From the NCBI GenBank assembly GCA_951406725.2, contig OX597827.1, forward strand, positions 28,644,001-28,708,000: a stretch of 64,000 nt of DNA. The letters are read 5' to 3'. The stretch is from Octopus vulgaris (lineage: Eukaryota). Shown here piece by piece: positions 16,831 through 29,157 of the stretch. The translations under genes and the position numbers were made by a program. Each line of letters begins with the position of its first letter. The stretch's first letter is position 1. The notes under the pieces were generated by a model. The model saw only the letters and a program-made list of their open reading frames with translations, had not been told where the DNA came from and searched no databases.

Positions 16831-17378
16831 AATGCCCTGATGCAGTACCAGGCAATGGCTCTCATGGCTTCTGATCTTAACTGATTGGCAGTGTTATCAT
16901 GTACATGGTATAAAAGATGGTCTACAGCAAATATTCTGCTCAATACCACAGATTTGCTTGTCAGTTGTTTGACCTTAACGAGTTGAGCATGTTCCTTAGT
17001 GGCTGACGATATGCGCATCTCTGATCACGAGCAGAAATAGTGGGGGACCATCATAGCCGTGTGTTGAAAGGAATTCTTGGAGGTTTCGATAATTCACCTT
17101 TGGAAACATGGGTGGTTCGTTGAACATCCTTAAACAACCGTTATTCAGGGACCTTTTGAGCGTGATGGGCTACTCGACCAGAAGAAAATTCTAACTGGGC
17201 TGCACCTGCCAGGTCATGTGCTGTTTATCTTGATATGAGGTCAGCATGTCGCGCACATATGGTTGTGATGCATGTGCCTGGTGTACCCTTATCAGACGGG
17301 TGGTCATGATGTGTATAATGGGCTTCGTATAATTTGTACCCTAGTGTCACTTTGATGTCATACACTGCTCTCTCACTC
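16831..17378 (+). mobile_element. About 550-bp non-coding (AAT)n-flanked retroposon-like element, copy 1
   Basis: Starts AATGCCCTGATGCAGTACCAGGC, ends CTCTCACTC-AAT; roughly 90% like copy 2 by eye. Confidence 0.85.
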
Positions 17379-17379
17379 A

Positions 17380-17583
<204 letters not shown>

Positions 17584-17587
17584 TTAT

Positions 17588-17654
<67 letters not shown>

Positions 17655-17657
<3 letters not shown>

Positions 17658-18211
17658 GCCCTGATGCAGTACCAGGCAGTGGCTCTCATGGCTTCTGATC
17701 TTAACTGATTGGAAGTGTTATCATGTACATTGTTTTGTCTTGGTATAAAAGATGGGCTACAACAAATATTCTGCCCAATACCACAGATTTGCTTGTCAGT
17801 TGTTTGACTTTAACCAGTTGAGCATGTCCCTTAGTGGCTGACGATATGTGCATCTCTGATCACGAGCAGAAGTAGTGGGGGAGCATCATAGCCATGTGTT
17901 GAGAAGGATTCTTTGGGGTTTGAATAATTCACCTCTGGAAACATGGGTGTTTCGTTCAACGTCCTTAAACAACCCTTATTCAGGGACTTTCTGAGCGGGA
18001 TGGGTTACTCGATCTGAAGAAAATTCTAACTGGGCTCCACCTGCAAGGTCATGTGCTGTTTATCTTGATATGAGATCACCATGTCGCGCACATATGGTTG
18101 TGATGCATGTGCCTGGTGTACCCTTATCAGACGGGTAGTCATGATGGGTATACTGGGCTTCGTATATTTTACCCCAGTGTCACTTTGATGGCATGCTCTG
18201 CTCGCTCACTC
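17655..18211 (+). mobile_element. Same element, copy 2
   Basis: Same start and end as 16831-17378; (AAT)n flanks. Confidence 0.85.
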
Positions 18212-19632
18212 AATAATAATAATAATAATATATTTCAGTTACGCTATAAATGCAGGTTTACGCCAAGAACATTATCAGTACATCACACGCATGCGTGAAG
18301 TACGTTGCGTTAACTCTAAACGTCTTTGAAGAGATTTTTCTCGTATAAAAAATCCGCTGCTTCTAGCGTTTATTATGTTCTAGGGATACTAATCATGAGG
18401 AATACAGACATGAAGGAAAAGAACCAATAATCTAAATAAATCTTGTTTGAAGTGATTTGAAATCTTCATTGCCTCTAAAAATTCCCATAAAGACGAATTA
18501 GAATTAGAATTGGTGACTGAACTAAGCGAATGGAACAAAACCATTGGTTGAATTATTTTTAACAGGTTTTCAGGAACAGCGACGAAAGGACTTTGAGAAA
18601 TATCCCATTGACTGTTTAATCCAATGACTAAGCAATATATCGCTTAGTTAGTTGCTTAAATGATAATAATGATAATAAAGAAGTGAATTAGAACCAGTGT
18701 GTGTGTCTGCATTTATTATTGGTGTGATGACCCTCTCAAGATACAACAACATTTGTTTCAACACACCTTTCCCATGAAGAAAATTGCAAGTCAAACATAA
18801 AAACCAAATCACCTAAACAGTAATTGCATAACAGCGTTTGAAGAGCAATAACTAAGCAGCGCGATTAGTTAATGCGATTACAATTTTTCGGGCTATTAGC
18901 TTCAACTAATTAAGTCTACGTGGTCGCTCGACCGGCTAAAACTAGAAGATTATTCCCATCTAAAATCACATCGTAATGTAAACATAGAAATCACAGTTGA
19001 TAATCAAGTTCTGTTGTAGACAACGAAGAAAAGACCAAAGCTGTGAAAGAACGGCCACGTTTCATAGGAGTTTGATCGTACATCTATTTATTTTGGGTGG
19101 ATTTGGTGTTATAAATCAAGGTGCACCACTCGATGAATGCAACTGAAACAGTATGGTATTAAGATCTCATACCCGTATCATACTCGGTGTATATACACCG
19201 TTAAAAGATTTCTGTGTTGTACGTTTGTCCGAAAGAAGAATCTTTTCATAGACATATTGCGTTGTGTTAAGAGCGCAATAAATATCGGTGTTAGGGCTAC
19301 ATCATCGCAGCTGCCACTCACGGGAATGACATGTGTTTCGCACTACTTGAGGTTTATCGATGCCGTGCATCCGTTTGTGACTTGCTTCTCCCAAGCAAAA
19401 TTCACAGTCATACCTTTCAACAGTGTTTGTACATTTGGTATGGTTTATAGAGAGCAAAACTCGCCTATCGTTCTCATGAATTATTTTAGCGCCAAAGTTC
19501 AGCCCGGTCATATATATATACATATATATATATATAATGTGTATGTATATATGTGTACGTGTGTGTGTGCGTATGTATGTGTGTGTCGAACGTTGGAATA
19601 AGTGCTTAACACTGCATTGGTGGATAAATAAT

Positions 19633-20096
19633 TTCTTTATTTGTGAATCAAGGCTACCATTAGTTTCATGTTAAGAGTACGAGAATATCCAAATATCTTA
19701 ACAATATTTCAAGCCGATCATATGGAGACAAATGTTCACCTCCATTTTGGAAAACAATCTCGTTTCATTCACGAGATTTCTCGTAGATTCGCGTAAATAT
19801 TATAGGAGGCAGTTTTGGGAGTTTGTCTCCCTTTGATTTCTTAATTCCTTTGTATCAGTTGCATGGTCTTATTCTGGGCGCGGTGTTTTGTACTTGTATG
19901 TTGTGTATGCCACTTGATTTATTCGTTTCATTGTTTCATTTACGAGAAATCGTGTGAACGTAACAAGATTGTTTTCCAAAATGGTAGTGAACATCTATCT
20001 ACATATGATCGGCTTGAAAAATTGTTAAGATACTTGGATCTTCACCCACTCTTCTTAACATGGAACCAACAATAGCCTTAATTTACAAATAAAGAA
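19633..20096. repeat. Diverged fold-back/MITE-like element with about 155-bp inverted arms
   Basis: TTTCAAGCCGATCATATG...CCATTTTGGAAAACAATCT (19633-19788) is the reverse complement of AGATTGTTTTCCAAAATGG...CATATGATCGGCTTGAAA (19938-20096). Confidence 0.8.
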
Positions 20097-20100
20097 TATA

Positions 20101-20169
<69 letters not shown>

Positions 20170-20804
20170 TATGTATGTATCTAGTAGCTGTTTTCTCGTA
20201 TACAAGCAAAGCCATTGCAAGAAAGAATCACTGAAATGAGTCAATGTTGATATAATGTGAAGCCCTTGTATGACTATAGAGCCCTGTCAATGATTTGCAC
20301 GTTTAAATGCATAATGCACAGCTGTGCTGGCTGGCAAAAAGAACAGCTTCCACACTATGAAATCTTCTGAGATGCCTCTTCAATCCTCAAACAAAAGGCA
20401 CACCTTTCCACATGTTGCATATGTTCTGTTTTAAACAATAGCCACATCACCATTTAAAATGGGTTGATTTCTGTGAGTTGTCTAGCGGCTGACCAGGCCT
20501 GCGGGACTCAAGCATGTTCTTCCACAAATCACACGCATAAAAAGCAACATGCCCTTATTTCCCACTGCTTCATTGCTTCTACACATTCTCTTTACGACAT
20601 TGGATGACTGGATAGGCACACAGGAGCCATTGGCCTAGCAGTTAAGAGCATTCTTATCCTTACTTTAGAAATAATAAAATAATCAGTAGTTGATATCTAG
20701 TCAGGCAATATGCCAGGCCCAAATATCTTTCTGCAATTTTATTTTATTTTCAACTTAGATTATTTTGTCCGCTGAGGAATTTTTAAAAACATATATCTGT
20801 AGAT

Positions 20805-21060
20805 GTTCTCGGGTGGAATAACTTTCATTGATTGTTACTTTCTGGAGAATTCCGAGGAGGTGCAGAAATAACTTTCTCCGAGGAGGGGAGATGAGGAATT
20901 ACTTCATGGAAAGTAACGAGGAGGGGGGGAACGGGAGGAATTACTTCCTGGAAACATCCGAGGATGAGTTGGGATTACTTTCTGGAAAGTTCCGCTGAGG
21001 GAGAGAAATTACTTCTTGGAAAGTTCTGAGTAAGGGGAGGAATAATTTCCTGGAAATTTG
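20805..21060 (+). repeat. Degenerate minisatellite, about 33-bp unit GGAATTACTTCCTGGAAAGTTCCGAGG
   Basis: About 7 imperfect copies; same core as the 25170-25960 array. Confidence 0.8.
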
Positions 21061-21159
21061 TCTATACAAGCCGGGAATATGCTTGATTTTTACTAACTGC
21101 CAAGATCTTTTCGGATCGCACTTCTCCCTCTCTACCTCGCTCACTTACGCTGTATATAT

Positions 21160-21546
21160 CGTCGTGGCACTCCGTCGGTTACGACGAGGAGGGTTCCAGT
21201 TGATCCGATCAACGGAACAGCCTATTCGTTAAATTAACTTGCAAGTAGCTGAGCACTCCACAGACACGTGTACTCTTAACGTAGTTCTCGGGGTGATTCA
21301 ACGTGACACAGAGTGTGACTATGCTGGCCCTTTGAAATACAGGTACAATAGAAACAGGAAGAAAGAATGAGAGAAAGTTGTGGTGAAAGAGTACAGCAGG
21401 GTTCACCACCATCCCTTGCCGGAGCCTCGTGGAGCTTTAGGTGTTTTCGCTCAATAAACAATCACAACGCCCAGTCTGAGAATCGAAACCGCGATCCTAC
21501 GACCACGTGTCCACTGCCCCAACCACTGAGCCATTGCACCTCCACT
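21160..21546 (-). mobile_element. SINE family C, long-tail variant
   Basis: Minus strand GTGGAGGTGCAATGGCTCAGTGGTT...ACCGACGGAGTGCCAC; CTGTATAT flanking repeat. Confidence 0.9.
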
Positions 21547-21895
21547 CTGTATATGTATGTGTGTGTATGTGTGTGTGTGTGTGTGTGCGTGTGTGTGTAT
21601 GTTTTTTTCCCTTTACCATTTTACTGACTCAGCCCTTGATTCCTATGGTAGTTTCTATAAACTGACAAAGCGATTTAGCTTAAACTCTTTCAGCTGAAAA
21701 ACACCATAGAGGATGGAAAATCACGCCTGTAATTAAAGCCTTTCACAGGTTCAACTAAGATCTATTCTTCTTCCCCCTCACAACGGACTTAACGAACAGA
21801 GAACCTAACTATAATGTAAAACTTTCAAACCTTTGATCATTTTCTTTTCCGATGTATCCCTCTACCTTTCGCTCTTCTCTACTTCCGATTTTTTC

Positions 21896-22056
21896 GTTCT
21901 GATGATGTCTACCATATTTACGAGGCCAAAATATAAATATATATTTTCATCACCATTTTAAGACCTGATAGAGTTCATACATCTTCATGTTTGATTCCGG
22001 CAGATTTCCTCCAGATAGAAATATAGATAGATAGATATATAGAAACGATCGTAAGC
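21896..22056 (+). ncRNA. Candidate degenerate hammerhead with a long stem II insertion
   Basis: GTT-CTGATGA (21899-21905) ... GAAA-CGATCG-TA-AGC (22042-22056); same GAAACGATCGTA as 35123; upstream frame ends PPHNGLNE like a Penelope GIY-YIG C-terminus. Confidence 0.35.
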
Positions 22057-22152
22057 TCCCTTTCGCTCTCATCTTTCTTAACTAATTAAATAATGGCTTC
22101 CTAGCGCTAAAGATACACTTCTTATTGTTGTTTTTCCTCCATTTTCTTATCG

Positions 22153-22195
<43 letters not shown>

Positions 22196-22198
<3 letters not shown>

Positions 22199-22750
22199 AA
22201 TTGAATAAGGGTAGAAATTGATATTAATCAATTAAAACCAGTGGCCTAGCATATTAAAAAAATCTGAAGATTAAAATATTTTTACATACAAAATTTAAAT
22301 GACTGACCATTAACAGTGGACGGTCAACATGCTAGGTATAGACGTCAAATCGCAGAGGAACTCTTGAGAGTCAACGGCCATCCAATAAATGTCTTAAGGC
22401 TGTATCATACGCGGGGACATAGAAATAATCGGACTAAATACCCGATCGCGCGGTTAAACCATTGGGAGTGAAGGACTCCCAGCCTTTGTTAGGGCATCCT
22501 TCTAGGAGAAGGTAACTTAGGTAACTGGGATAACTCCGACATAAAACCTGCGACTCAGTGGTTACCGATGATGTTGACTTGTTCTTCTTTTCGGATTATG
22601 GCTGCTGTTGCTTAGTGAGTGGGATTGACTCAGTGCACAGCCTTTTCTCACTTTAAAAACAAATCTTCTTGCACAGGCATTGCACGATAATAACATTGAT
22701 TAAGCTTCGTGCAATGGCCATACTCGATAATGAGGGGGCAGCCACCACCA
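22196..22750 (+). mobile_element. (TA)n-flanked non-coding repeat with an RTE 5'UTR-like motif
   Basis: GGGCATCCTTCTAGGAGAAGGTAACT...AAAACCT resembles RTE-clade 5'UTRs; hairpin TGGGAGT-GAAGG-ACTCCCA. Confidence 0.4.
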
Positions 22751-22762
22751 TATATATAGATA

Positions 22763-23267
22763 AACAATTCATAAGTAAGGGCAAAAGAAAACATTTCTAA
22801 TGCCAAAATATTCCGAAAATAGACACAATGTCAATAACTATGTAATTTATCACTACAAACACGTGTCTCGAAGAAAGCTGACAGAAATTTCTAAAAAATC
22901 TCGTTATTACCATATCGGACCCGATTTCAGAGTTAGTTCATAAGAACCTTCCCTTCATCAGTGATAAATGCGGCAAAGAAATAAGTAAAATACTTATTTA
23001 TACCCACGGAAGAAGTGAACACTAAGTCATGAGCACGATTAAGTACCCCAAATATATCCAAAATAGAAACTCTCTAGCCTATCTCGAGACACGTGAGATT
23101 CGAACTGAAAAACTCTCGTAAAGTGAGAAAGTCCGGAAGTGAACACTATTAAATTAACATCTAATTTAGAATAAAATCTTTCGAAAAAAAATCTATCAAT
23201 GGCCAACATATTAAGAAATTCCTTTAAAGGTTAAATTTATCAACAATTTATAAGTAAGGGCAAAAGA
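22763..23267 (-). mobile_element. Terminally redundant 479-bp pLTR/retrozyme-like monomer (family H3)
   Basis: 26-bp direct repeat AACAATT(C/T)ATAAGTAAGGGCAAAAGA at 22763 and 23242; contains a hammerhead-like motif. Confidence 0.6.
22845..22969 (-). ncRNA. Degenerate type I hammerhead (H3)
   Basis: Minus strand ATTTATCA-CTGATGA-AGGGAAG...CTTTCTTC-GAGA-CACGTG-TT-TGTAG-TGATAAAT; 8-bp stem I match, palindromic stem III. Confidence 0.55.
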
Positions 23268-23389
23268 GCTAGCACATACATCACTGCCACCGCCACCGCC
23301 ACAGCTGCCGTCACATTAACAAGCATTACAACTACGATTATCACCATAATTAATACATGAACTAGCAATAAAGGCACAAGTCCGGGAAA

Positions 23390-23649
23390 GATTGTTTACG
23401 GAAGGCCAGCTGTCACCCGCGCCAGTCTCCCTTCTCCGTGCCGCCGATGATATCCAAGGGAGAGGCAAAGGCCGATACAGCTTGTTATCAGTGACGTTCG
23501 CAATTCATTTCTGCAGTTGCATGAACTGGAGCAACGAGAAATAAAATGACTTGCTCAAAAACACAACACACAGTCCGGTCAAGAATTCGAACTCACAACC
23601 TCATGATTGTGAGCCCGGCGCCTCTAACCACTGAGCCATGCGCCTTCAC
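23390..23649 (-). mobile_element. CORE-type tRNA-derived SINE (family D)
   Basis: Minus strand GTGAAGGCGCATGGCTCAGTGGTTAGAG...GAGTTCGAATTC...TTGAGCAAGTCATTTTATTTC. Confidence 0.8.
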
Positions 23650-24181
23650 TATCGTTTTGAATATGATGCCTGCGAGTCAGAGTCACAATTAATACCAGTA
23701 ATTCCTCCACCAACGCAATCAATTCCTCCATCACCACCAACATCGCAGTCATCACTCTTTCCACCAACAATTCTCCATCATAATTTACACAATCAACACC
23801 GCTGCTTAGTTTTCATCAGCCCCACCACCACCACCACCACCGTCGTCCTCACCACCATCACCGTCTCTATCACTGCCGTCACCACCATGGCCATCTCCTC
23901 CAAACCCGCGCCACTTCTGTCAGTGTAACTATTGCACATTTTCAATTCCTCGCTCCATTAACTTATTATCGAGACGAGAGGCAGTGTTCAGGTTTAATTT
24001 TCTTTGATACGATGATGAAAAGTAACAGCATCCTCAGCGTCGGCGACGTCGTCGTCGTCATCATAATAATTGTCAGCATCAGGATAAACAACATCATCAT
24101 CATCATAAGCATTATCGTTATCATTATATCATCATCATCATCAACATTGCCATCATTAGGATAATTAACATCGTCATTAGA

Positions 24182-24219
<38 letters not shown>

Positions 24220-24742
24220 AATCGTCGTCGTCGTCATGATCACCATCACCACCACCACCACCACCACAACCACTACTACTATCATCACTATCCTCTCTTC
24301 CTTGATACCATCATCATCATCATCATTATCACCACCGTTGTGGTCGTCATTGACATCAGAATCACCATCAGCACACAACCACCATCATGAATATCATCGC
24401 CATCCTCATCGTCATTATCTGTAGCAGCAACAGCATCCGCTTCATCGTTATCGTCCGTTCTCATCATAATCATATTTAACGCTACACAGAAACACGCACA
24501 CACAGAGACACACCCACAGATATAAACACATGCACAGACATATACAGGCCCGTTAATACATACACAATGCCAAACATGAACTCACTCTTACACAAACACA
24601 CACAAACACACACACACAGTCGTTTACAATACGTAAATATACACGCACAGCTGATCTCATTAAATTCCACACAAACACATCATGTTCTCATTTGTTGCTT
24701 TATAAAATCGTCCAGTTATATTTTCACTTCAAACTTACACAC

Positions 24743-24782
<40 letters not shown>

Positions 24783-24859
24783 AACAGATATATACACCAT
24801 ACATATACATGTGCAGACACATACTTCTAAATGCGTACATACACATATTTTACATGCAG

Positions 24860-25020
24860 GAACAGCAGTGGTTGTGAGACAAGAAGCTTGCTTACCAACC
24901 ACATGGTTCTGGGTCAGTTCCACTGCGTGGTACCTTGTACAAGTGTCTTCTATTATAGACTCGGACCAACCAAAGCCTTATGAGTGAATTTGGATGTCGG
25001 AGCTTTTATGTGTGTGTGTG
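24860..25020 (+). mobile_element. SINE family B, 5' half
   Basis: AAGCTTGCTTACCAACCACATGGTT...CCAAAGCCTTATGAGTG; a 3' half lies at 26165-26360. Confidence 0.75.
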
Positions 25021-25169
25021 TGCGTATGTTCCTTATGCATACAAAAACTGAGTTGGCGTTTTTGACGTATGGGATATCAAAATTAAACTAAACTATAATT
25101 TCATTCATTTCTGTGCATTACAAAAATTTAAGACTATTATTTTTCTTCCTAGGATACGTCCAAATTTGT

Positions 25170-25960
25170 GGAACTTCCTGGAAATGTTCGAGGATAAGGC
25201 AATGTAAGGCAACTTCCTGGGAAAGTCAAAGGGTAAGGCAACTTAAGACAACTTGCTGGAAACGTTCGAGGATGGGGAATATCCTGGAAAAGTCCGAGGA
25301 TGAGGCAAGTCCGAGAACGGGGTACCTCCTGGAAATGTCCGAGGAAAAGCAACTTAAGACAACGTACTGGAAAGTCCGATGATCGGGAACTACCTGGAAA
25401 AGTCCGAGGGTGGGAACATTCCTGGAATAGTTCGGATATCGGGAACTTCCTGTGAATGCCCGAGGATTAGGCAATTTAAGGCAACATTGTGGACTTGTCC
25501 AAGGACGGGAACTTCCTGGAAAAGTACGACGATGGAGAACTTCCTGGAAAAGTTCGAGGATAACACAACTTAAGGCAACTTGAGGCAACTTCCTAGAATA
25601 GTCCAAAGATGAGGCAACTTGAGGCAACTTCGTGAAGTATTCCGAAGATGTGGTTCTTCCTGGAAAAGTCAATGGTTAAGGCAATTTAAAGTAATTTCAT
25701 GCAACTCCTGGAAAAGTCCCAGGACGGGGATTTCCTCAAATAATCCGGGGATGGGGTATTTCCTGGAAAAGTCCGGGGAGAATGCAACTTGGGTCAACTA
25801 CGTGGAAAAGTCCGAGACAGGGAACTTCCTGGGAAAGTCCTAGAATGAGGAACTTCTTTGAAGATCCGATGATAAGGCAACTTAAGGCAACTTCCCGAAC
25901 AATTGCGAGGATGCGAGAACATCCTGGAGGATTTAGGCACCGGGAAAGTCTGAGTTTCCA
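25170..25960 (+). repeat. Degenerate minisatellite, unit ACTTCCTGGAAAAGTCCGAGGAT plus GGGGA or AAGGCAACTTAAGGCA linkers
   Basis: More than 20 imperfect copies with two alternating linker types. Confidence 0.9.
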
Positions 25961-26024
25961 AGCAACGGAACTTTGATTCGTGGGTTTTTTCTTTCCCAGG
26001 TTATTTTGTATCTATGTATGTATG

Positions 26025-26127
<103 letters not shown>

Positions 26128-26164
26128 TTGTATGTGTTTGTGTGTCTGTGTGTGTGTGTCTGTG

Positions 26165-26360
26165 TTTGTCCTCCCACCTTCGCATCACAACCGATGTTGG
26201 AGTGTTAACGGCCCCTCAACTTAGCAGTTCTGCAAAAGAGACCGCTAGAATAAATATTATGCTTACAAAGAATAAGTCCTGAGGTCGTTTTGTTGGATTA
26301 AAGGCAGTGCACCAGCCTGGTCGCAGGCAAATGACTGAAACAAGTGAAAGAATAAAAGAA
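26165..26360 (+). mobile_element. SINE family B, 3' half
   Basis: ACAACCGATGTTGG...GCAAAAGAGACCG...AATGACTGAAACAAGT. Confidence 0.8.
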
Positions 26361-26621
26361 AAACTAAATACATATACATACAAAACGCATACATACACAT
26401 ACAAATACGTACATGTTCATATACATACAAATACATACATAAACATATATGCATATATATATATATATATATATATACATACAAACACACAGAAACCCAT
26501 ACGCATACATACATATACATACAAACACATATATATATATATATATATATATACTTTCAAACATACATACACCGTACATATACATACATACACACAAACA
26601 CATGCCTACATATATATATAC

Positions 26622-26676
<55 letters not shown>

Positions 26677-27304
26677 TGTGTGTGCGCGTGCGTGTGTGGG
26701 TGTGTGTGTATACACAGATATACATCCACAACCCATACATATAAACACCATACATATACATACAAAGACATTTATACATGGTCAAAAGCCTGTGGCAAAG
26801 CCCATTTTCCGTTTTGGTTACATTAGCATTATATGGTATTGTCACATTGAACCAACTGCGTAATTCTAGCTGCAACATAATAACGGTTAATCGTTGTCTT
26901 TTCGTAGCTAATCCAATAATAACATAATCAGTGCAACCAATTAAATAAATTTGTCGATATAGTGCATACCGATTAATTAGTCGCATTCTCATTTTAATGG
27001 TATTTTATTAGATAGAGCGAGAAAAATACAAAACGTGAGTGCACAATGTGTAACCTTAATTAGGACTAGAATGAAGCAAATACATGTTACGTATCAATTA
27101 GGGTCGCCCATACAAGACGTAAGCAGAACGCTCTAAAGCTATCGTAACACAAAATTATTTACGTTAGGAATCTGCATCGTCTGCTTTTGTAACATCACCA
27201 CCAACAGGTCGTATGCTACGCAGGTTATTCCTCTCTATCGATGTGTATAACATTATGAGTATAGAAATAGTGAACAACATCATAGCTTCATACTGTGTGA
27301 ACTG

Positions 27305-27851
27305 AGAACCAGAAATTTTGGAGGAAAGGGGAGTCGATTACATCGACCCCAGTGTCCAACTGGTATTTATTTTATCGACACAGAAATACAGACGAAATAC
27401 CTATTTCTTTACTACCTACAAGGAGCTAAACACAGAGAGGACAAACAAGGACAGACAAACGGATTAAGTCGATTATATTGACATCAATGCGTAACTGGTA
27501 CTTAATTTATCGACCCCGAAAGGATGAAAGGCAAAGTCAACCTCGGCGGAATTTGAACTCAGAACGTAAAAACGAGCGAAGCACCGCTAAGCATTTCGCC
27601 AGGCGGGCTAACGATTCTTATTTCTGTATTGCCCACATGGGGCTAAACATAGAGGGGACAAACAAGAACAGACAAAGCGATTAAGTCGATGACATCGACA
27701 CCAGTGCGTAACTGGTACTTAATTTATCGACCCCGAAAGAATGAAAAGCAAAGTCGACCTCGGCGGAATTTGAACTCAGAACGTAGCGGCAGACGAAGCA
27801 CCGCTAAGCATTTCGTCCGGCGTGCTAACGATTCTGTCATCTTGCCGCCTT
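27305..27851 (-). mobile_element. Compound SINE family A cluster (one head, repeated core and tail)
   Basis: Three AGTCGAT...ACTGGTA(C/T)TT.ATTT blocks; head ends TTGCCGCCT at about 27850. Confidence 0.85.
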
Positions 27852-28504
27852 CACAACAGACTGCTGACATTAAATAATTTGTCAAAAACTTATGTTATGC
27901 AAATTAGTTGCTCCCTTTCTCTGTAGCAACTGGATCTGTTGTGTATATAAACAGAATGACAGCTTATTACTCTGGAGTTGATTAAATTGTTGTACACATC
28001 TACGATAAGAACTCCATAGGGTTACAAAATCCGTAAAGGCTGTACATCACAGATGTAGTTATTTTTCTTTTCGTTAATCTTCGGAGAAATTGTTAAATTT
28101 ATTTTATTTCGTTGTTATATCAGCTACAGGGGCTTTTGTGCTACGGAACACAGAGCTATGTCCAGAAAGCTGCCATACATGTGTTTCGATCTGATTTGGC
28201 TTTCTCAGTGGCGAGTAACTCGGATGCCCTGGGCCAAGCCGAAAAGTTCTTGTTTACAGAAATCGTTAAGCAAATACCTTTACTGATTTGTGTTGCAATC
28301 TAGCCAAGCTTGCTTCCTTTAATTACTTGCTTATAATGGGTCATCGAAGCTGATGGCGCCTCCAACACATTATTTTTAGTGAGAGCAGACGTGGTTGAAA
28401 AGAGTGATAAGAAATAGGCAGAACCTGTGTTACTGATGACACAAAGTGACTCCAAACAACAGCCACGGGGTTTGATGATGACGACTCCTTCTCTCAGGCT
28501 AGAA

Positions 28505-28707
28505 TTATCTTTAGCATTTAAAGCGGCCACATCCGTCCACAATTCTCCAGAATTGATCTCACACCAACCCAATATCATTCTAAAATAATTAGTAGGTAGC
28601 TCATCCAAATCTCATAGCTATTAGATAATGTATGATTAATTTAGAAAAAACAATGTGAATAAATAAGCATTGCGTTTGATAAATTAATCTGAATGCTAAG
28701 CGGTTAA
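28505..28707. mobile_element. piggyBac-type MITE (decayed)
   Basis: Ends TTATCTTTAGCATT ... AATGCTAAGCGGTTAA, i.e. degenerate CCCTTTAGCATT TIRs with TTAA. Confidence 0.55.
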
Positions 28708-28784
28708 TAAACGCACTTGAAACAAGCTTAGATTAAAATCCGGCGTGTCTAACATAATGTATATATAAAAAAAAGTGGAACAGT

Positions 28785-29157
28785 CGTGGTGCTCCGTCGG
28801 TAACGACGACGAGGATTCCAGTTGATCCGATCAACGGAACAGCCTACTCGTGAAATTAACGTTCAAGCGGCTAAGCATTCCATAGACACGTCTACCCTTA
28901 ACGTAGTTCTGGGGGAGATTCTGTGTGACAGAGAGTGTGACAAGGCTGGCCCCTTTGAAATACAGGTACAACAGAAAGCAGGAGAGACAGTTGTGGTGAA
29001 AGAGTACAGCAGGGTTCGCCACACCCGCTGCCGGGGCCTCGTGGAGCTTTAGGTGTTTTCGCTCAATAAACACTCACAGCACCAGGTCAGGGAATCGAAA
29101 CCGCAATCCTACGGCCACGAGTCCGCTGCCCTAACCACTGAGACATTGCTTATCCAC
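28785..29157 (-). mobile_element. SINE family C, long-tail variant
   Basis: Homologous to 21160-21546; 12-bp TSD AAGTGGAACAGT at 28773-28784 and 29158-29169. Confidence 0.9.

Noticed and set aside
18556-18628. Possible terminal exon (TTTTTAACAG then FQEQRRKDFEKYPIDCLIQ-stop)
   Set aside because: Short, no recognisable homology, and no partner exons identified.
22410-22560. HDV-like ribozyme in the RTE-like 5'UTR motif
   Set aside because: I could not assign P1/P3/L3 or the catalytic C by eye.
25170-25960. CRISPR-like repeat/spacer appearance
   Set aside because: Repeats are degenerate, linkers are short and recurrent rather than unique, there are no cas genes, and the context is eukaryotic.
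28300-28608. 102-aa minus-strand ORF
   Set aside because: Its 5' third lies in a piggyBac-type MITE and the rest has no recognisable motif.
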